Of a stretch of DNA of 64,000 bases, positions 1 to 16,968 are shown piece after piece (position 1 is the first letter of the stretch; every line of letters starts with the position of its first letter). The stretch lies in NCBI RefSeq assembly GCF_009914755.1, contig NC_060947.1. One strand, given 5' to 3'. The notes under the pieces are model-generated. The model was given only the letters and a program-made list of their open reading frames with translations. It did not search any database and was not told the DNA's origin. Source of the DNA: the human T2T-CHM13v2.0 reference genome, Homo sapiens. The position numbers and the translations under genes are program-made.

Positions 1-36
1 AATACTCAGGTCTTAAGTCTATATAAATCATTTTAA

Positions 37-755
<719 letters not shown>

Positions 756-1254
756 CTAGATTTTAACAATCTCTGAACAGTATGTACAACAAATGTCTAG
801 CTAGGAATAAAAATCACAACTGATAACTAAAATTGGTTAACCTGCCTAACACACGAAACTGATTACCAGCCTAGGGGTTTAAAAAAGCTGGTATTCATTT
901 AAGTAATGTGAACCCACAGACAAACAGTATATGATGAAAATTTACAAAGATTATAATGCAGATTTCTGTCCACAAAGGTCACAGGTAGGTAATTAGACAT
1001 GTACAACTAATACTATACCCAAACTGGTTTTACAATGCTGAAATGCAAATTTACATCCTGAGAATATGAAGAGAGGGTTTACACACCTCAAAAATCAAAT
1101 GCTGTTTATACCTGAGCTATATGACAGCTATAGGACTCAAGTTATAAGCAATAAGAGCCAATAAATTAATACTGGTGAAAAGGGACTTTTCTGAAAATAC
1201 TTTGAATACTAGACTATGCAAGAAACCCAGCAGGAATGTAGGAAAAAAAAAACA

Positions 1255-1530
1255 GGAAATCTAAGTCCATTATTTGTTTTCCTTATTATCTAAACAACAA
1301 TATTAAAAAGAAACAAATAATGGTTTCTAAATACCATTCTCCACTAAAAGGAACTAGAGCTCTTTGGACAAGTGGATGATTCTAGGACCTAGGCAGAAAA
1401 ATATAAAGATGAGTTTGGAACATCTTGTTGCATCAGAAAGCAAGAAATGATCACAGAATGATGCAGATACGTCAAAAGGACACAGGAAACAGCTTGAAGG
1501 GGCTCCCACTGACCAATCTAAAACAATCAG
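1255..1530 (+). mobile_element. Old L1 (L1MC/MD-type) 3' UTR fragment
   Basis: Motifs taaataccattctccactaaaaggaac and gaaggggctcccactg. Confidence 0.65.
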
Positions 1531-1995
1531 TACTATGTTTTAAAAAGGTTAGTATTAAAAACAATTTTTTTCTTTGAAATCCTTAAGATTTTTGTACACC
1601 TTAATCTTCTTTCTACTGTATTCTCATCAATGTATTTGGAAATTTAAATTTCTAATAAGTAGTCTACTGCCATAAGTGTGTGTGGCACCTTATAGAAGGC
1701 GTAAAGTACACAGCTAAGAGTAAACTCCTGTTTTTGGTATCAGAGTTTATACCAACAACAATGGGGGCAATGTCCAATTTTATATTCATTTGAGATCAGA
1801 CGTTCCTTGTGGCTTTCTCATTTTGAAATCCAGTAACATGTATGTTTATAGCTTTACTAGAGGATGAGTAAAATTATTAATAGTAACACATACACAAGAA
1901 TTTCTGATTCACTTTTTGACTTGCATTATAGTTCAAAACCAAGTGCTGAGGCACTGCTTTACCAGCCAGAAATGCCATTGTCTCCTCTCACTTAC

Positions 1996-2071
1996 CTATA
2001 GTAGGAGTAGTAGGTTTGCTACTAACAGCACCAACACTTAATCGTGGAACTAGTCTCCCTTGGTTAGGTCC
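1996..2071 (-). CDS. TAF9B: TAF9B coding exon 5 (GPNQGRLVPRLSVGAVSSKPTTPTI); later exons lie left of the window
   Basis: 76 nt, tag acceptor and gtaagt donor, in frame with exon 4. Confidence 0.95.
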
Positions 2072-2544
2072 CTAGGGGATTTAAAAAACAAATTAATGTT
2101 AAGATGTGACACCTAAATTTACCAGGAATGAAATTAGGATTGCTGATGTAAATGATTATGGATAATCCATGGCAAGAAAGTCCTGTTTTTGTTCTCTCAG
2201 TGTTCTAAATCCAACATTTAATCTGGGGTTTGTATAAACATATATACATCTCTATCTATATAAAAATAGATATGAATACGTATAAAATCTTATGCAGTAT
2301 TAAAGTTTAAGATAGCGGTTATCCCCATTCAAATAAGACTGTAACTACTTTGTGATTTTTAATCTTAACTGGTCAATTTCTTAACCCAAAAAAGAATAAA
2401 ACTCTTATAGTGGAACTTCAGAAAAGGCAGCCTATTATGGGGAGAACTTTTTCAGTGGTGGGAGAGCTTTATGTCATATTTTAGAAAGCTGGCCTAATTC
2501 CTGATGGTATCATTTCCTCTGTTATTAGGCCTCACTAAAAAACT

Positions 2545-2690
2545 ATGATATAGTGGAAAGACTGGGAGTTATGAGGCTTGGAATCAGTCCTAGCTTTGCT
2601 ACTAACTTCATAAATGAGTTCAGGCCCTGCTTCCTGATGTGAAAAATGACTGTTGAGTTAGATGAACACTAAAGTTCCATCTAGCTCGAA
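2545..2690 (+). mobile_element. MIR fragment
   Basis: Degenerate MIR core ending in aaagttccatctagctc. Confidence 0.55.
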
Positions 2691-2829
2691 AATTTTTTAA
2701 AATTAAAAAAATTCTAGTAAGTTATCTTAACCTTTAATCTACTATACTAGCTACAGGAATTTGCTTTTCACAAAGTCCCCTATCATATTCCACCTTTTAA
2801 AAAAAGAAAAGTTGACTAAAATTTCTTAC

Positions 2830-2964
2830 CTTTTTAATTAAGGACTTCAGCCTATAGTTTGGAGCTGTTAAGCAGTATCTATCAGGTGGCAGTCTAGGTC
2901 CTGCATATGGCTTAATCAGTGGCAAAGGGGTTTGATTTTTCTGCCTTGCGATATCCAGTAAAAA
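2830..2964 (-). CDS. TAF9B: TAF9B coding exon 4 ([45 protein letters not shown])
   Basis: 135 nt, aag acceptor after poly-T tract, gtaag donor; preceded by a 78-nt intron. Confidence 0.97.
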
Positions 2965-3042
2965 CTTAAAAAAAAAATCCTTATTAGAACTACAGTTTTA
3001 AAAATTGTAAGTAAAAATAACTTCAAATCAAAGTTTGCTCAC

Positions 3043-3179
3043 ATCTCTTGGGGGAGGAGAGGTAAAAGATTGGTCAGCACGACACTGGATTGCCAGTCTC
3101 ACATCATCTGCATCAACATTAGGTTTCTTAGCATGGCTCGAATAAATTTTTGCATCATCCAGAATTGTAGTCACATAAC
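3043..3179 (-). CDS. TAF9B: TAF9B coding exon 3 ([46 protein letters not shown])
   Basis: 137 nt, tag acceptor and gtgag donor, TAF9-family histone-fold sequence. Confidence 0.97.
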
Positions 3180-3289
3180 CTATAAGAACAAAACAATCTT
3201 TTCTTAAACATATGAAGACAGCTTAATATTTATGGCTACTTGTCTTAATAAAACTTTCCACTAATTTGTAGACGGTTTATAAATTTTGT

Positions 3290-3398
3290 GGGTTTTTGTA
3301 GAGACAGGGTCTCGCTATGTTGCCCAGGAAACTCCTGGCCTCCCCGCGACAGCCTCCCGAAGTGCTGAGATTACAGGTGTAAGCTACTGTGCTCAGCC
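3290..3398 (-). mobile_element. Alu monomer (FLAM/AluJ fragment)
   Basis: gtagagacagggtctcgctatgttgcccagg...gtgctgagattacagg. Confidence 0.75.
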
Positions 3399-3557
3399 TA
3401 AATGCTGATTTTAATAAGTAATTGTCCTGTCTATATGATCAGTTTTAAACAGATATCACAGTGTGAATACTACTGTCCCCTAGCTTGAGCTCCTTTCGTT
3501 CTTTAGGCTGAATTCTATGATACTGTTAACATAATTTGGTTGAAAATGTTCTTACAA

Positions 3558-3850
3558 GGCTGGGTGCGGTGGCTCACGCCTGTAATCCCAACACTTTGGG
3601 AGGCCGAGATGGGGGGATCACTTGAGTCAGTAGTTCGAGGCCAGCCTGGGCAATATGGCGAAACTCCCTTTCTACTAATAATACAACACTTAGCCGGGCG
3701 TGGTGGCAAGTGCCTGTAGTCCCAGCTCGGGAGGCTGAGGCACAAGAATCGCTTGAACCCAGGAGGCGGAGGCCGCAGTGAGCCAAGATCGCGCCACTGC
3801 CTTCTAGCCTGGGCAACAGCGAGTCCCTGTCTCAAAAAAGAAAATAAAAG
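3558..3850 (+). mobile_element. Alu
   Basis: Dimeric Alu with TSD aaaatgttcttacaa. Confidence 0.9.
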
Positions 3851-3923
3851 AAAATGTTCTTACAATAAAAATATCTTTTCAAGTTCACAAGTTAGGCAAG
3901 TTTTTGGTGTTTCATTAACTTAC

Positions 3924-4005
3924 GGAAAGCAAATTCCAACATTTGATTTATAACCCTTGGTTCATACTCTGTGATTCCCATATCCTTCAGGATCTGTGCC
4001 ATCAC
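3924..4005 (-). CDS. TAF9B: TAF9B coding exon 2 ([27 protein letters not shown]), histone fold
   Basis: cag|GTG acceptor, gtaagt donor, 82 nt, phase consistent with exon 3. Confidence 0.97.
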
Positions 4006-4299
4006 CTGTGGATTCAAATAAAAACACCAGATGCAGAATTTGGTACTGGAAATCAAGGCTGCACTGAAGGGTAGTATTTATATTTATGATACAAGGTTCC
4101 CCTTCTTTGGGCTCCAAAGTCCTACTCACCCTTGCCCTCCCAAGTGAGTCAGTGATCACACGAAATCGCATAGTACGCTTTTGCAGAAAACTTTTATTTT
4201 TATTTTTTGGCGGGGTTGGGGGCGGGGTGTGGGGCAAAGAGAAGACAGAATTTGGCTTCTCCAGCAGAGGTAAGTAGCTCCAGCTGGTTGTCATTTTTG

Positions 4300-5090
4300 G
4301 CTGTGGCGGCGGGTTAAGGTAGCATCAGAACCCTGGACGCGGAGTCAGGGCTGGCAGATAGCTAGAGACGAGGGGGAGGCAGGGGCCCGAAGCCCAGGAC
4401 ACAAAGCTGGGCAGCCGTTCCGCAAGCTCCACTGGACCGCGACCCTCTGGCAAGACTTGGCCCAAGCGGCGAGATAGGGGCCCGGGGGCCAGGGCGCATC
4501 CCCATCACCCTCTCCTCCTGACGGCCCTGACTAGACTGAAACGAGCGTGCGAGCCGACCCTCAGGCCCTCAGCGTGGCCCCGCCTCGCAGGTCCCTGGCT
4601 GCACCTGGCTTCGCGATCCGCGGCTTATCCTTCGCACTTACCAAGGCATCTCTCGGAGCGTTCTTGGGAGGCGCCATCTTGCCCGACTCCATGTTATCCA
4701 GCCACTCGTCATCCGCGGAGACAGAGGAGAGAGGAGAGCTCGCGGGCTCCTCGCTCAGGCTCCACCCCTGCGGGGAGCGGGAGGAGGGAAACGGAAGGCG
4801 GGGTTACGTGCCAGCCGCCGGGGGCGGGAGTTTCAGCAAGCCGCTGGCCAGGGGAAGAGACGCGCTGGGGTGCCCGAGTTCAGTATTGGAAGAGGCAGGT
4901 AATCCTTCCCCATGGAGCCTGCTGGGGCCTGAAAGAAGTAGAGGGGCCGAGAAGCTCGACTTCCCAGAGTTGTTTCCCGGCAAAGGGCACCAAGTGGGCC
5001 AACCTCACCTTTGCGGGGGTCCCTCCTCACACCTCCACGGCTACCACCTTTGCCCCTTTCGGCCTCCCGGAATTCCAGACCCAGTCGGTG
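4300..5090 (-). promoter_or_regulatory. TAF9B: CpG island / TAF9B promoter and 5' UTR
   Basis: GC- and CpG-rich stretch around exon 1; GC box GGGGCGGG near 4821, ETS-like CGGAAG near 4792, YY1 motif GCGCCATCTTG at 4671-4681. Confidence 0.85.
4642..4692 (-). CDS. TAF9B: TAF9B coding exon 1 (MESGKMAPPKNAPRDAL)
   Basis: ATG at 4692-4690, 51 nt, followed by GTAAGT donor; translation matches the TAF9B N-terminus. Confidence 0.97.
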
Positions 5091-5277
5091 TTAGGGCTGC
5101 TTGGTCCAACACAGTTGGACCCGTTACGTTTGAATGTCACATCAACAAGGAATACATTTTTAGTATAAGTATATCCCAGATTTGCACAGGCCATACTTAT
5201 GCTACGAAATAATTGTTCTGATATTCATATTTAACCGGGTGTCCTGGATTTTTATTAGCTAAATCTGACAATCCTAC
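5091..5277. mobile_element. MER53-like palindromic MITE
   Basis: Termini tagggctgc / gctaaatctgacaatccta; internal inverted repeat tagtataagtat...atacttatgcta. Confidence 0.7.
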
Positions 5278-5309
5278 CCAATAGCTTGCTCTCCCCACAG
5301 CAAGACTTT

Positions 5310-5960
5310 GGTCAGCCCTTGTCACACTCAAAGCCCTACCGTGGCTGCCCATTTCACACTGATGAAAAACTAAAGCCTTCACTCGGCCCGTTAGAGACCC
5401 TCTAGCCTCTCTTGGCCCTGGAGCAGCTTCCTGTCTCCCCGCTGAGGCCAACACAGGACCCTTCCTTGCCTCCCAGTTACACCCTTCCCAGCCCCTCACC
5501 CACAGAACAGCCCGAATGACTTTTCGTGAGAACCTACCATCCAGCCCCAGTGACTTTCAAAAAATGTGCATCAGTTAACTATCTCTGGCTTAAAATGTCG
5601 CAGATAACTCATTCTTACCCTCCACATCCACCAACGCCCTAGGATTCTCCCTCAGGAACAGGAACCGTGACTCACCCAGGCCAGAAACGGAGCAGGCAGC
5701 CATGTTGGCGCTTTCCCTCACAATCCACACTCAACCTAGCAACAAGTCTTGTCCGGGTGACCTCCCAAAGTTCTATCCATGTCTCCACATCTCCATCCAG
5801 TGCTACTATGCTAACGAGTCCAAGCCAACATCCTTACCAAGATTACAGAAATATGCTCCCCAAATAGTGTCCCCCCACATTCCTTACACAGCTAGACGGA
5901 CCTTTCAGTCATAAATCCAATCATTATTTTCCTTAAAACCCTCCAGTGGCTCTCCTCACA
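5310..5960 (-). mobile_element. L2 fragments
   Basis: Pyrimidine-rich L2-like motifs such as ccttaaaaccctccagtggctc. Confidence 0.5.
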
Positions 5961-6260
5961 AACACTTACACAAATACATACTAATTTCCCAGGCTTAGCG
6001 GGTCCTTCAGTTTTGTGGCGCAGCTCACCTCATCAGACTCATCAGAATCAGCAGTCCACCTGGCCGCCATCTTGAAGTTTGGGCAGGAACTCCCCCCAAC
6101 CAAGAACCATGTGTTCTCAATACATTGTTTCCAGTGAGAGCACGTGCTCCCACGCTGAGCTAGTGCCTTTCTCCACTCTTACTGTGGCCAACCTCTGTGT
6201 AAAACTAGTAACAGTCCCTTGCTTTTGAATATTTGCAAGGTACATTTAAAAATAGGTGGG

Positions 6261-6570
6261 GGCCAGGCACGGTGGCTCACGCCTGTAATCCCAGCACTTC
6301 GGGAGCCGAGGCGGGCGGATCACTTAACGTCAGGAGTTTGAGATCAGTTTGGCCAATGTGGTGAAACCCTGTCTCTACTAAAAATACAAAATGTAGCCGG
6401 GCATGGCAGGGCACGCCTATAGTCCCAGCTACTCAGGAGGCTGAGGCAGGACAATCGCTGGAACCCAGGAGGTGGACGTTGCAGTGAGTCGAGACTGCGC
6501 CACTGCACTCCAGCCTGGGCGACAGAGCGAGACTCCATCTCAGAAAAAGAAATAAAATAAAATAAAAATA
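6261..6570 (+). mobile_element. Alu
   Basis: Dimeric Alu with A-rich tail; TSD-like aaaaatasgtgg. Confidence 0.9.
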
Positions 6571-7689
6571 CGTGGTATATTTGCAAGGTACAACATTTAA
6601 GACTACTTTAAAATACCCTAGTAAAAGAAAGCCTCTCTCACCTGTTCCAGCCACTGATGTCACTTTCACAGATGGCACCATTGTTTATCAGTTTCTATTC
6701 TGTGCAATTTACAAATAGTATCTTGTTTATATATTTTTCCTCCCACTAGAATGGTACTATAGTCTTAGGGTGGCCAACCTTCAGAGAGCCAACCCAGGAC
6801 ATAGATGTGCTAGATGAAGAAAACCCATAACATATTATAAATAATTGTCCATATGTATCATTACTTAAGAATAAGTGTTCACTTGAAATTATATGTTTTT
6901 TATGTATTATTTTCTGTTACATAAGTGCTATTTAAACAAAACACTAGGACTAAACAGTGGCCATTAGTAGTAATTAATAGTAGGATAAGTTAAATAATAT
7001 GTGTGAGAAAATCTGACAATATTTTTCATTATATTTCTGTCCTCAACAATTTAACTCTTGCACATTTAAATTTTGTACGTCGTATTGTGTATTCTTCATA
7101 TACAGAAATATAAGACTTTTAAAAGGAATGTAAATATAAGACAAACGGCTATCTATATATATTTTTAATTTTTAATTTTTCTGTGTATATAGTAAGTGTA
7201 TATATTTATGGGTACATGAAATGTTTTGATGCATGCATGCAATGTGAAATAATCACATCATGGAAAATAGGGTATCTATCTCTTCAAGCATTTATCCTTT
7301 GTGTTACAAGCAATCCAATTGCACTCTTAGTTATTTTAAAATTTACAATTAAGTTATTATTGACTATAGTCACTCTGTTGTGCTAGCAAATACCAGGTTT
7401 TATTCATCGTTTCTATTTTGTTGTACACATAAACCTACCTGCGTCTCCACCCTCCCACTATCCTTTCCAGCCTCTGGTAACCATCTTTCTACTCTCTGTG
7501 TCCATGAGTTCAATTGTTTTGAGTTTTGGATCCCACAAATAAGTGAAAACGTGTGATGTTTGTATTTCTGTCCTTGGCTTATTTCACTTACCATAATGAC
7601 TTTCGGTTCCATCCATGTGGTTGCAAATAACAGGATCTCATTCTTTTTTATGGCTGAATAGTGCTCCATTGCATATAAGTACCACATTA

Positions 7690-10644
<2,955 letters not shown>

Positions 10645-12043
10645 GTACCACATTTTCTTTATCCATTCATCTGTTGATGGACACTTAGACTGCTTCCAAA
10701 TGATGGCTATTGTGAAGAGTACTGCAACAAACCTGGGAGTGCAGACATCTCTTTGGTATATGGATTTTCTTTCTTTTGGATATACCCAGCAGTCAGATTG
10801 CTGGATTACATGGTACTCTATTTTTAGTTTTTTGAGGAACCTCCAAACCTCTTCTTTATAGTGGTTGAGTATTAATAATTTACAATCCCGCCAACAGTGT
10901 AGGGGGCTCTCTTTTTTCCACACCCTCATCAGCATTTGTTATTGCCTGTCTTTTGTATAAAAGCCATTTTAACTGGAATGAGATAATATCTCATTGTAGT
11001 TTTGATTTGTATTTCTCTGATGGTCAGTGATGTCAAACACCTTTTCATATACATTTTCCATTTTTGTGTCTTCTTTTGATAATGTCTATTCAACTCTTTT
11101 GCCTATTTTTTAAAATCAGATTATTAGATTGTTTTCCTATAGAGTTGTTTGAGCTTCTTATATTGTCTGGTTATTAATCCCTTGTCAGATGGGTAGTTTG
11201 CAAATATTTTCTCCTATTCTGTGGGTAGTCTCTTCACATTGTTGGTTGTACCATTTGCTGTACAGGAGCTTTTTAACTTGATGTGATCTCATTTGCCTAT
11301 TTTTGCTTTGGTTGCCTGTGCTTGTGGGGTATTACTCAAGAAATCTTTGCCAAGATTGATGCCTCTTGGAATTTCTCCAGTGTTTTGTTTCAGTAGTTTC
11401 ATAGTTTCAGGTCTTAGATTTAGGTATTTAATCCATTTTGATTTGATTTTTGTATATGGCAAGAGATATATGAGTCTAGTTTCATTCTTCTGCATATGGA
11501 TATTCAGTTTTCCCAGCACCATTTATTGAAGAGAGTGTCTTTTTCCCAGTGTACATTCTTGGCACCTTTGTCAACAATGAGTTCACTGTATTTGTGTGGA
11601 TTTGTTTCTGGATTTTATACTTTGTTCCATTGGTCTATGTGTCCGTTTTAATGCCAGTACCATGTTGTTTTGGTAACTGTAGCTCTGTAATATAATTTGA
11701 GGTCAGGTAATGTGATTCCTCCAGTTTTGTTCTTATTGCTTAGGATAGCATTGGCTATTCTGGAGTTTTATTGGTTCTATAAACATTTTAGGATTGTTTT
11801 TTCTGTTTCTGTGAAGAATGTCATCGGTATACTGATGGAAATTTTGTTGAATCTGTAGATTGCTTGTACCTTACAGATCTCCTGGCCTGTAAGGTTTTCT
11901 CTGAAAAGTTTGGTGCCCGATGTATTGCAGCTCCATTGTATGTTATTTGTTTCTTTTCTCTTGCTGTTTTTAGGATCCTTTGTTTGTCCTTGACCTTTGG
12001 GGTTCTGATTATTAAATGCCTTGAGGTAGTCTTCTTTGGGTAG

Positions 12044-14354
12044 TAATATGGTTTGACTGTGTCCCCAACCAAATCTCGTCTTGAATTGTAACTCCCACAT
12101 TTCCCACATGTCATGGGAGGAACCCGGTGGGAGGTGACTGAATTATGGGGGTGGGTCTTTCCTGCACTGTTTTTGTGAGAGTGAATGAGTCTCATGAGAT
12201 CTGAAGGTTTTAAAAATCTACGGTTTTTCTGCACAAGGTCTCTCTTTTTCCCTGCTGCCATCCATGTAAGACGTGACTTGCTCCTCCTTGCCTTCTGCCA
12301 TGATTGTGAGGTCTCCCCAGCCACGTCGAACTGAGTCCAATTAAACCTCTTTCTTTTGTAAATTGCCCAGTCTCAGGTATATCTTTATCAGCAGTGTGAA
12401 AATGGACTAATACAATAAATTGGTACCAGAAGTGGGGTGCTGCTGAAAAGATACCCAAAAATGTGGAAGTGACTTTGGAACTGGGTAACAAGCAGAGGTT
12501 GGAACAGTTTGGAGGGCTCAGAAGAAGACAGGAAAATGTGGGAAAGTTTGAAACTCCCTAGGGACTTGTTTAATGGCTTTGCCCAAAATGCTGATAGCAA
12601 TATGGACAAGAAAGTCCAGGTTAAGATGGTCTCAGATGGAAATGAGGAACTTGTTGGGAACTGGAGCAGAGGTGACTCTTGTTATGTTTTAGCAAAGAGA
12701 CTGGTGGAATTTTGCCCCTGCCTTAGAGATTTGTGGAACTTCGAACTTGAGAGAGATGATTTAGGGTATCTGGTGGAAGAAATTTATAAGCAGCAAAGCA
12801 CTCAAGAGGTGACTTGGGTGCTGTTAAAGGCATTCAGTTTTATAAGGGAAGAAAAGCATAAAATTTTGGAAAATTTGCAGCCTTACAATGGCATAGAAGA
12901 GAAAATCCCATTTTCTGAGCACAAATTTAAGCCCACTGAAGAAATTTGCATAAGTAACAAGGGGCTGAATGTTAATCCCCAAGACAATGGGGAAAATGTA
13001 TCCAGGGCATGTCAGAGGTCTTCAGGGCAGGCCCTCCATCACAGGCCCAGAGGCCTAGGAGGAAAAAGTGGTTTTGTGGGCCAGGTCCAGGGTCCCTGTG
13101 CTGTGTTCAGCCTAGGGACTTGCTGCCCCACATCCCAGCCACTCCAGCCATGGGTGAAAGGGGTCAATGTAGAGCTTGGGCTGTGGCTTTAGAGGGTTCA
13201 AGCCTCAAGCCTTGGCAGCTTCCACATGGTATTGAGCCTGAAAGAGCACAGAAGTCAAGAATTGAGGTTTGGGAACCTCTGCCTAGATCTCAGAGGATGT
13301 ATGGAAATGCCTGGATCTCCAGGCAGAAGTTTGCTGCAGGCGTGGAGCTGTCATGGGGAACCACTGCTAGGGCAGTATGGGAGGGAAATGTGGGGTCAGA
13401 GTCCCCACAAAGAGTCCCTACTGGGGTACCACCTGGTGGAGCTGTGAGAAGAGGGCCACTGTCCTCCAGACCCCAGAATGGTAGATCCATTGACAGCTTG
13501 TACTGTGTATCTGCAAAAGCTGCACACTCACTGCCAGCCTGTGAAGGCAGCCAGGAGGGAGGCTATACCCTGCAAAGCCACCGGGCTAGAGCTACCCAAG
13601 ACCATGGCAACCCACCTCTTGCATCAGCTTGACCTGGATATGAGACATGGAGTCAAAGGAGATCATTTTGGACCTTTAAGATTTGTCTGCCCTGCTGGAT
13701 TTTGGATTTGCACGGGGCCTGTAGCCCCTTTCTTTTGGCCAATTTCTCCCATTTGGAATGGCTGTATTTACCCAATGCCTGTACCTCCATTGTATCTAGG
13801 AAGTAAGTAGCTTGCTTTTGATTTTACAGGCTCATAGGCAGAAGTGACTTGCCTTGTCTCAGATGAGACTTTGGACTGTGGACTTTTGAGTTAATGCTGA
13901 AATGAGTTAAGACTGGGAGACTGTTGCAAAGGCATGATTGGCTTTGACATGTGAGGATATGAGATTTGGAAGGGGCCAGGGTTGGAATGATATGGTTTGG
14001 CTATGTCCCCACCCAAATCTCATCTTGAATTGTAACTGCTGCAATTCCCACGTGTTGTGGAAGGTACAGTGGAAGGTAATTGAATCATGGGGGCGGGTCT
14101 TTCCCCTGCTGTTTTAACAATAGTGAATAAGTCTCAGGAGATCCGATGGTTTTATCAAGAGGAGTCCCCCTGCACAATCTCTGTCTTTGCTTGCTGCCAT
14201 CCATGTAAGTCATGACTTGCTCCTTCTTGCCTTCCACCTTGATTGTGAGGCTTCTGCAGCCACGTGGAACCGTAAGTCCATTAAACCCCTTTCTTTTGTA
14301 AATTGCCCAGTCTCGGGTATGTCTTTATCAGTGGTGTGAAAATGGACTAATAGA
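12044..14354 (+). mobile_element. Full-length THE1B-like MaLR (LTRs 12044-12414 and 13988-14354, internal region between)
   Basis: Two LTRs beginning t(g/a)atatggtttg and ending ggactaata(c/g)a; internal ORF remnant 12509-13192. Confidence 0.9.
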
Positions 14355-16509
14355 CCTTCTTAGGTTAATTTTTAGGTATTTAAATTTATTTGTGGCAATT
14401 TTAAATAGGATTTTTTTTGTTTATTTTTTATTCACATTGTTTACTGTTGGTATATAGAAATGCTACTGATTTTTGTATGTTGATTTTGTATTCTACAACT
14501 TTACTGAATTTGTCAGTTCTGATGGTTTTTTGATGGAATCTTTAGATTTTTCTAAATATAGGGTTATATCATCTCCAAACAAGGATAATTTGACTTCTTC
14601 CTTTTCAGTTTGGATGCCCTGTATTGCTTTCTCTTGTCTGATTGCTCTAGCAAGCACTTCCAGTACTATGGTGAATAATGGTAGTGAAAGTGGGCATCCT
14701 TGTCCTGTTCCATATCTTAGATGAAGGGCTTTCAGTTATTCCCCATTTAGTATGATACTAGCTATGGGTCTGTCATATATGGCTTTTATTATGTTGAGGT
14801 ATGTTCCTTCTATACCCATATTTCTGATGGTTTTTATCCTGAAGGGATGTTGAATTTTATCAAATGCTTTTTCACCATCAATTGAAATACTCATATGGTT
14901 TTCATTCTTCATTTTGTTGCTAAGATCTATCACGTTGATTGATTTGTGTTTGTTGAACCATTTTTGCATCCCAGGGATAAATCCCACTTGATCATGATGA
15001 ACAATCTTCTTAATGTTTTGTTCAACTTGGTTTGCTAGTATTTTGTTGAGGATTTATACATGAATATTCATCAAAGATATTGGCTTGTAGTTTTCTTTTT
15101 TTGAAGTGTCGTTGTCTGGTTTTGGTATCAGAGTAATACTGGCCTCATAGAAAGAGTTTGATAGTATTCTATCCTCCTCTATTTTTCAGAATAGTTTTAG
15201 TAGAATTGGTATTAGTTCTTTAAATATTTCATAGAATTAATCAGTAAAGCCATCAGGTCCTGGGCTTTTCTTTCGTGGGAGACTTTTTATTATGTCTTTG
15301 ATCTCATTATTTGTTATTGATCTGTTCAGGTTATGGATTTCTTTATGTTTCAATCTTGGTAGGTTGAATGCATCTAGGAATTTATCCACTTATTTTATAG
15401 TTTCCAATTTATTTGGATATAGTTGCTCATAGTAGCCACTAATGGTGCTTTGAATTTCTGCAGTATTAGTTGTAATGTTTCCTATTTCATCTGTGACTTT
15501 ATTTATTTGGCTCTTTTCTCTTTTTTTCTTTGTCAGACTAAAGGTTTGTCAATTTTGTTTAACTTCTCAGAAAACTAACTTTTTGTTTCATTAATCTTTT
15601 GTATTCTTAATTTCAGTTTCATTTAATTTTTATTTGTTTCAATCTTTATTATTTCTATCTTTCCATTAATTTTGGGTTTGGTTTTGTCTTGTTTTCTAGT
15701 TCTTTTTAAGATGGATTGTTGTTGTTTATTTGAATTTTTTCCTCTTTTTTGATGTAGGTACATATAGGTATAAACTTTTTTTTTTCACTACTGCTTGTGT
15801 TTTATCCCATAGGTTTTGGTATGTTATGGTTTCATTATCATGTGTTTTCAAAATTTTTCTTGTTATTAATTTTTAGTTTTATTCTATTGTGGTCAGAGAA
15901 GAAACTTGATATTATTTCATTTTTTTAAATTTTAAGGTGTGTTTTGTGACCTAGCATATGGTACATCCTTGAGAATGATCCATGTGCTGAGGAGAAGAAT
16001 ATATATTCTGCAGCTGATGAAATGTTCTGTAGATGAAATGTTCTGTAATATCTATTAGGTTCATTTGTCCTGTAGTACAGATTAGGTCCAATGTTTCTTT
16101 GCTGATATTGTGTCTGGAAGTCCTGTCCAATACTGAAAGTGGGATGTTGAAGTATCCAGTTATTGTTTTATTAGACTTTATCTCTCTTTTTAGCTCTAAT
16201 AATATTTGTTTTGGATATCTGGGTGCTCCAGTGTTGGGTGTATATATATTTTAATTTGTTATAAGCTCTTGCTGAATTGGCCCCTTTATCTTTATATAGT
16301 GACCTTCTTTGTAGTTTTTGTCTTGAACCCTATTTCTTTTCAAGTAAGTTCAGCTAGTCCTGCTCTTCTTTGGTTTCCCTTGGCATGGAGTACCTTTTTC
16401 CATCTCTCTATTGTCAGTCTATGTGTGTCTTTCTAGGTGGAATGTGTTTCTTGTAGGCAACAGATTATTAGGTCTTGCTTTATTTTTATCTATTCAGCCA
16501 CTCTATGTC

Positions 16510-16968
16510 TTTTATTTTTTATTTCCATAGGTTTTTGGGGAACATGTGGTATTTGGTTACATGAGTAAGTTCTTTAGTGGTGATTTGTGAGGTTTTGGTG
16601 CACCCATCACCTGAACAGTATACACTGAAGTTAATTTGTAGACTTTTATCACTATCCCCTTTGGACCCTTTCCCTGAGTCCCCAGAGTCCATTGTATTAT
16701 TCTTATGCCTTTGCATCCTTATAACTTAGCTCCCACTTACGAGTGAGAACATATGATGTTTGGCTTTCCATTCGTAAGTTACTTCATTTAGAATATTAGT
16801 CTTCAATCCCATCCAGGTGGCTGCAAATGCCATTAATTCATTCCTTTATGGCTGAGTAGTATTCAATCATGTACATATATAGCACAGTTTCTTTAACCAC
16901 TCATTGATTGATGGGCATTTGGGCTGGTTCCATATTTTTGCAGTTGTGAATTGTGCTGCTATAAACAT
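16510..16968 (-). mobile_element. L1PB 3' end fragment
   Basis: atttccataggtttttgggg...catgagtaagttctttagtggtgatttgtgag. Confidence 0.8.

Noticed and set aside
4547-5212. 221-aa plus-strand ORF antisense to TAF9B exon 1
   Set aside because: Starts at GTG, spans a GC-rich island and a MITE, no recognisable domain; expected by chance
12509-13810. 227-, 207- and 110-aa ORFs
   Set aside because: Decayed THE1 internal ORF pieces, not a host gene
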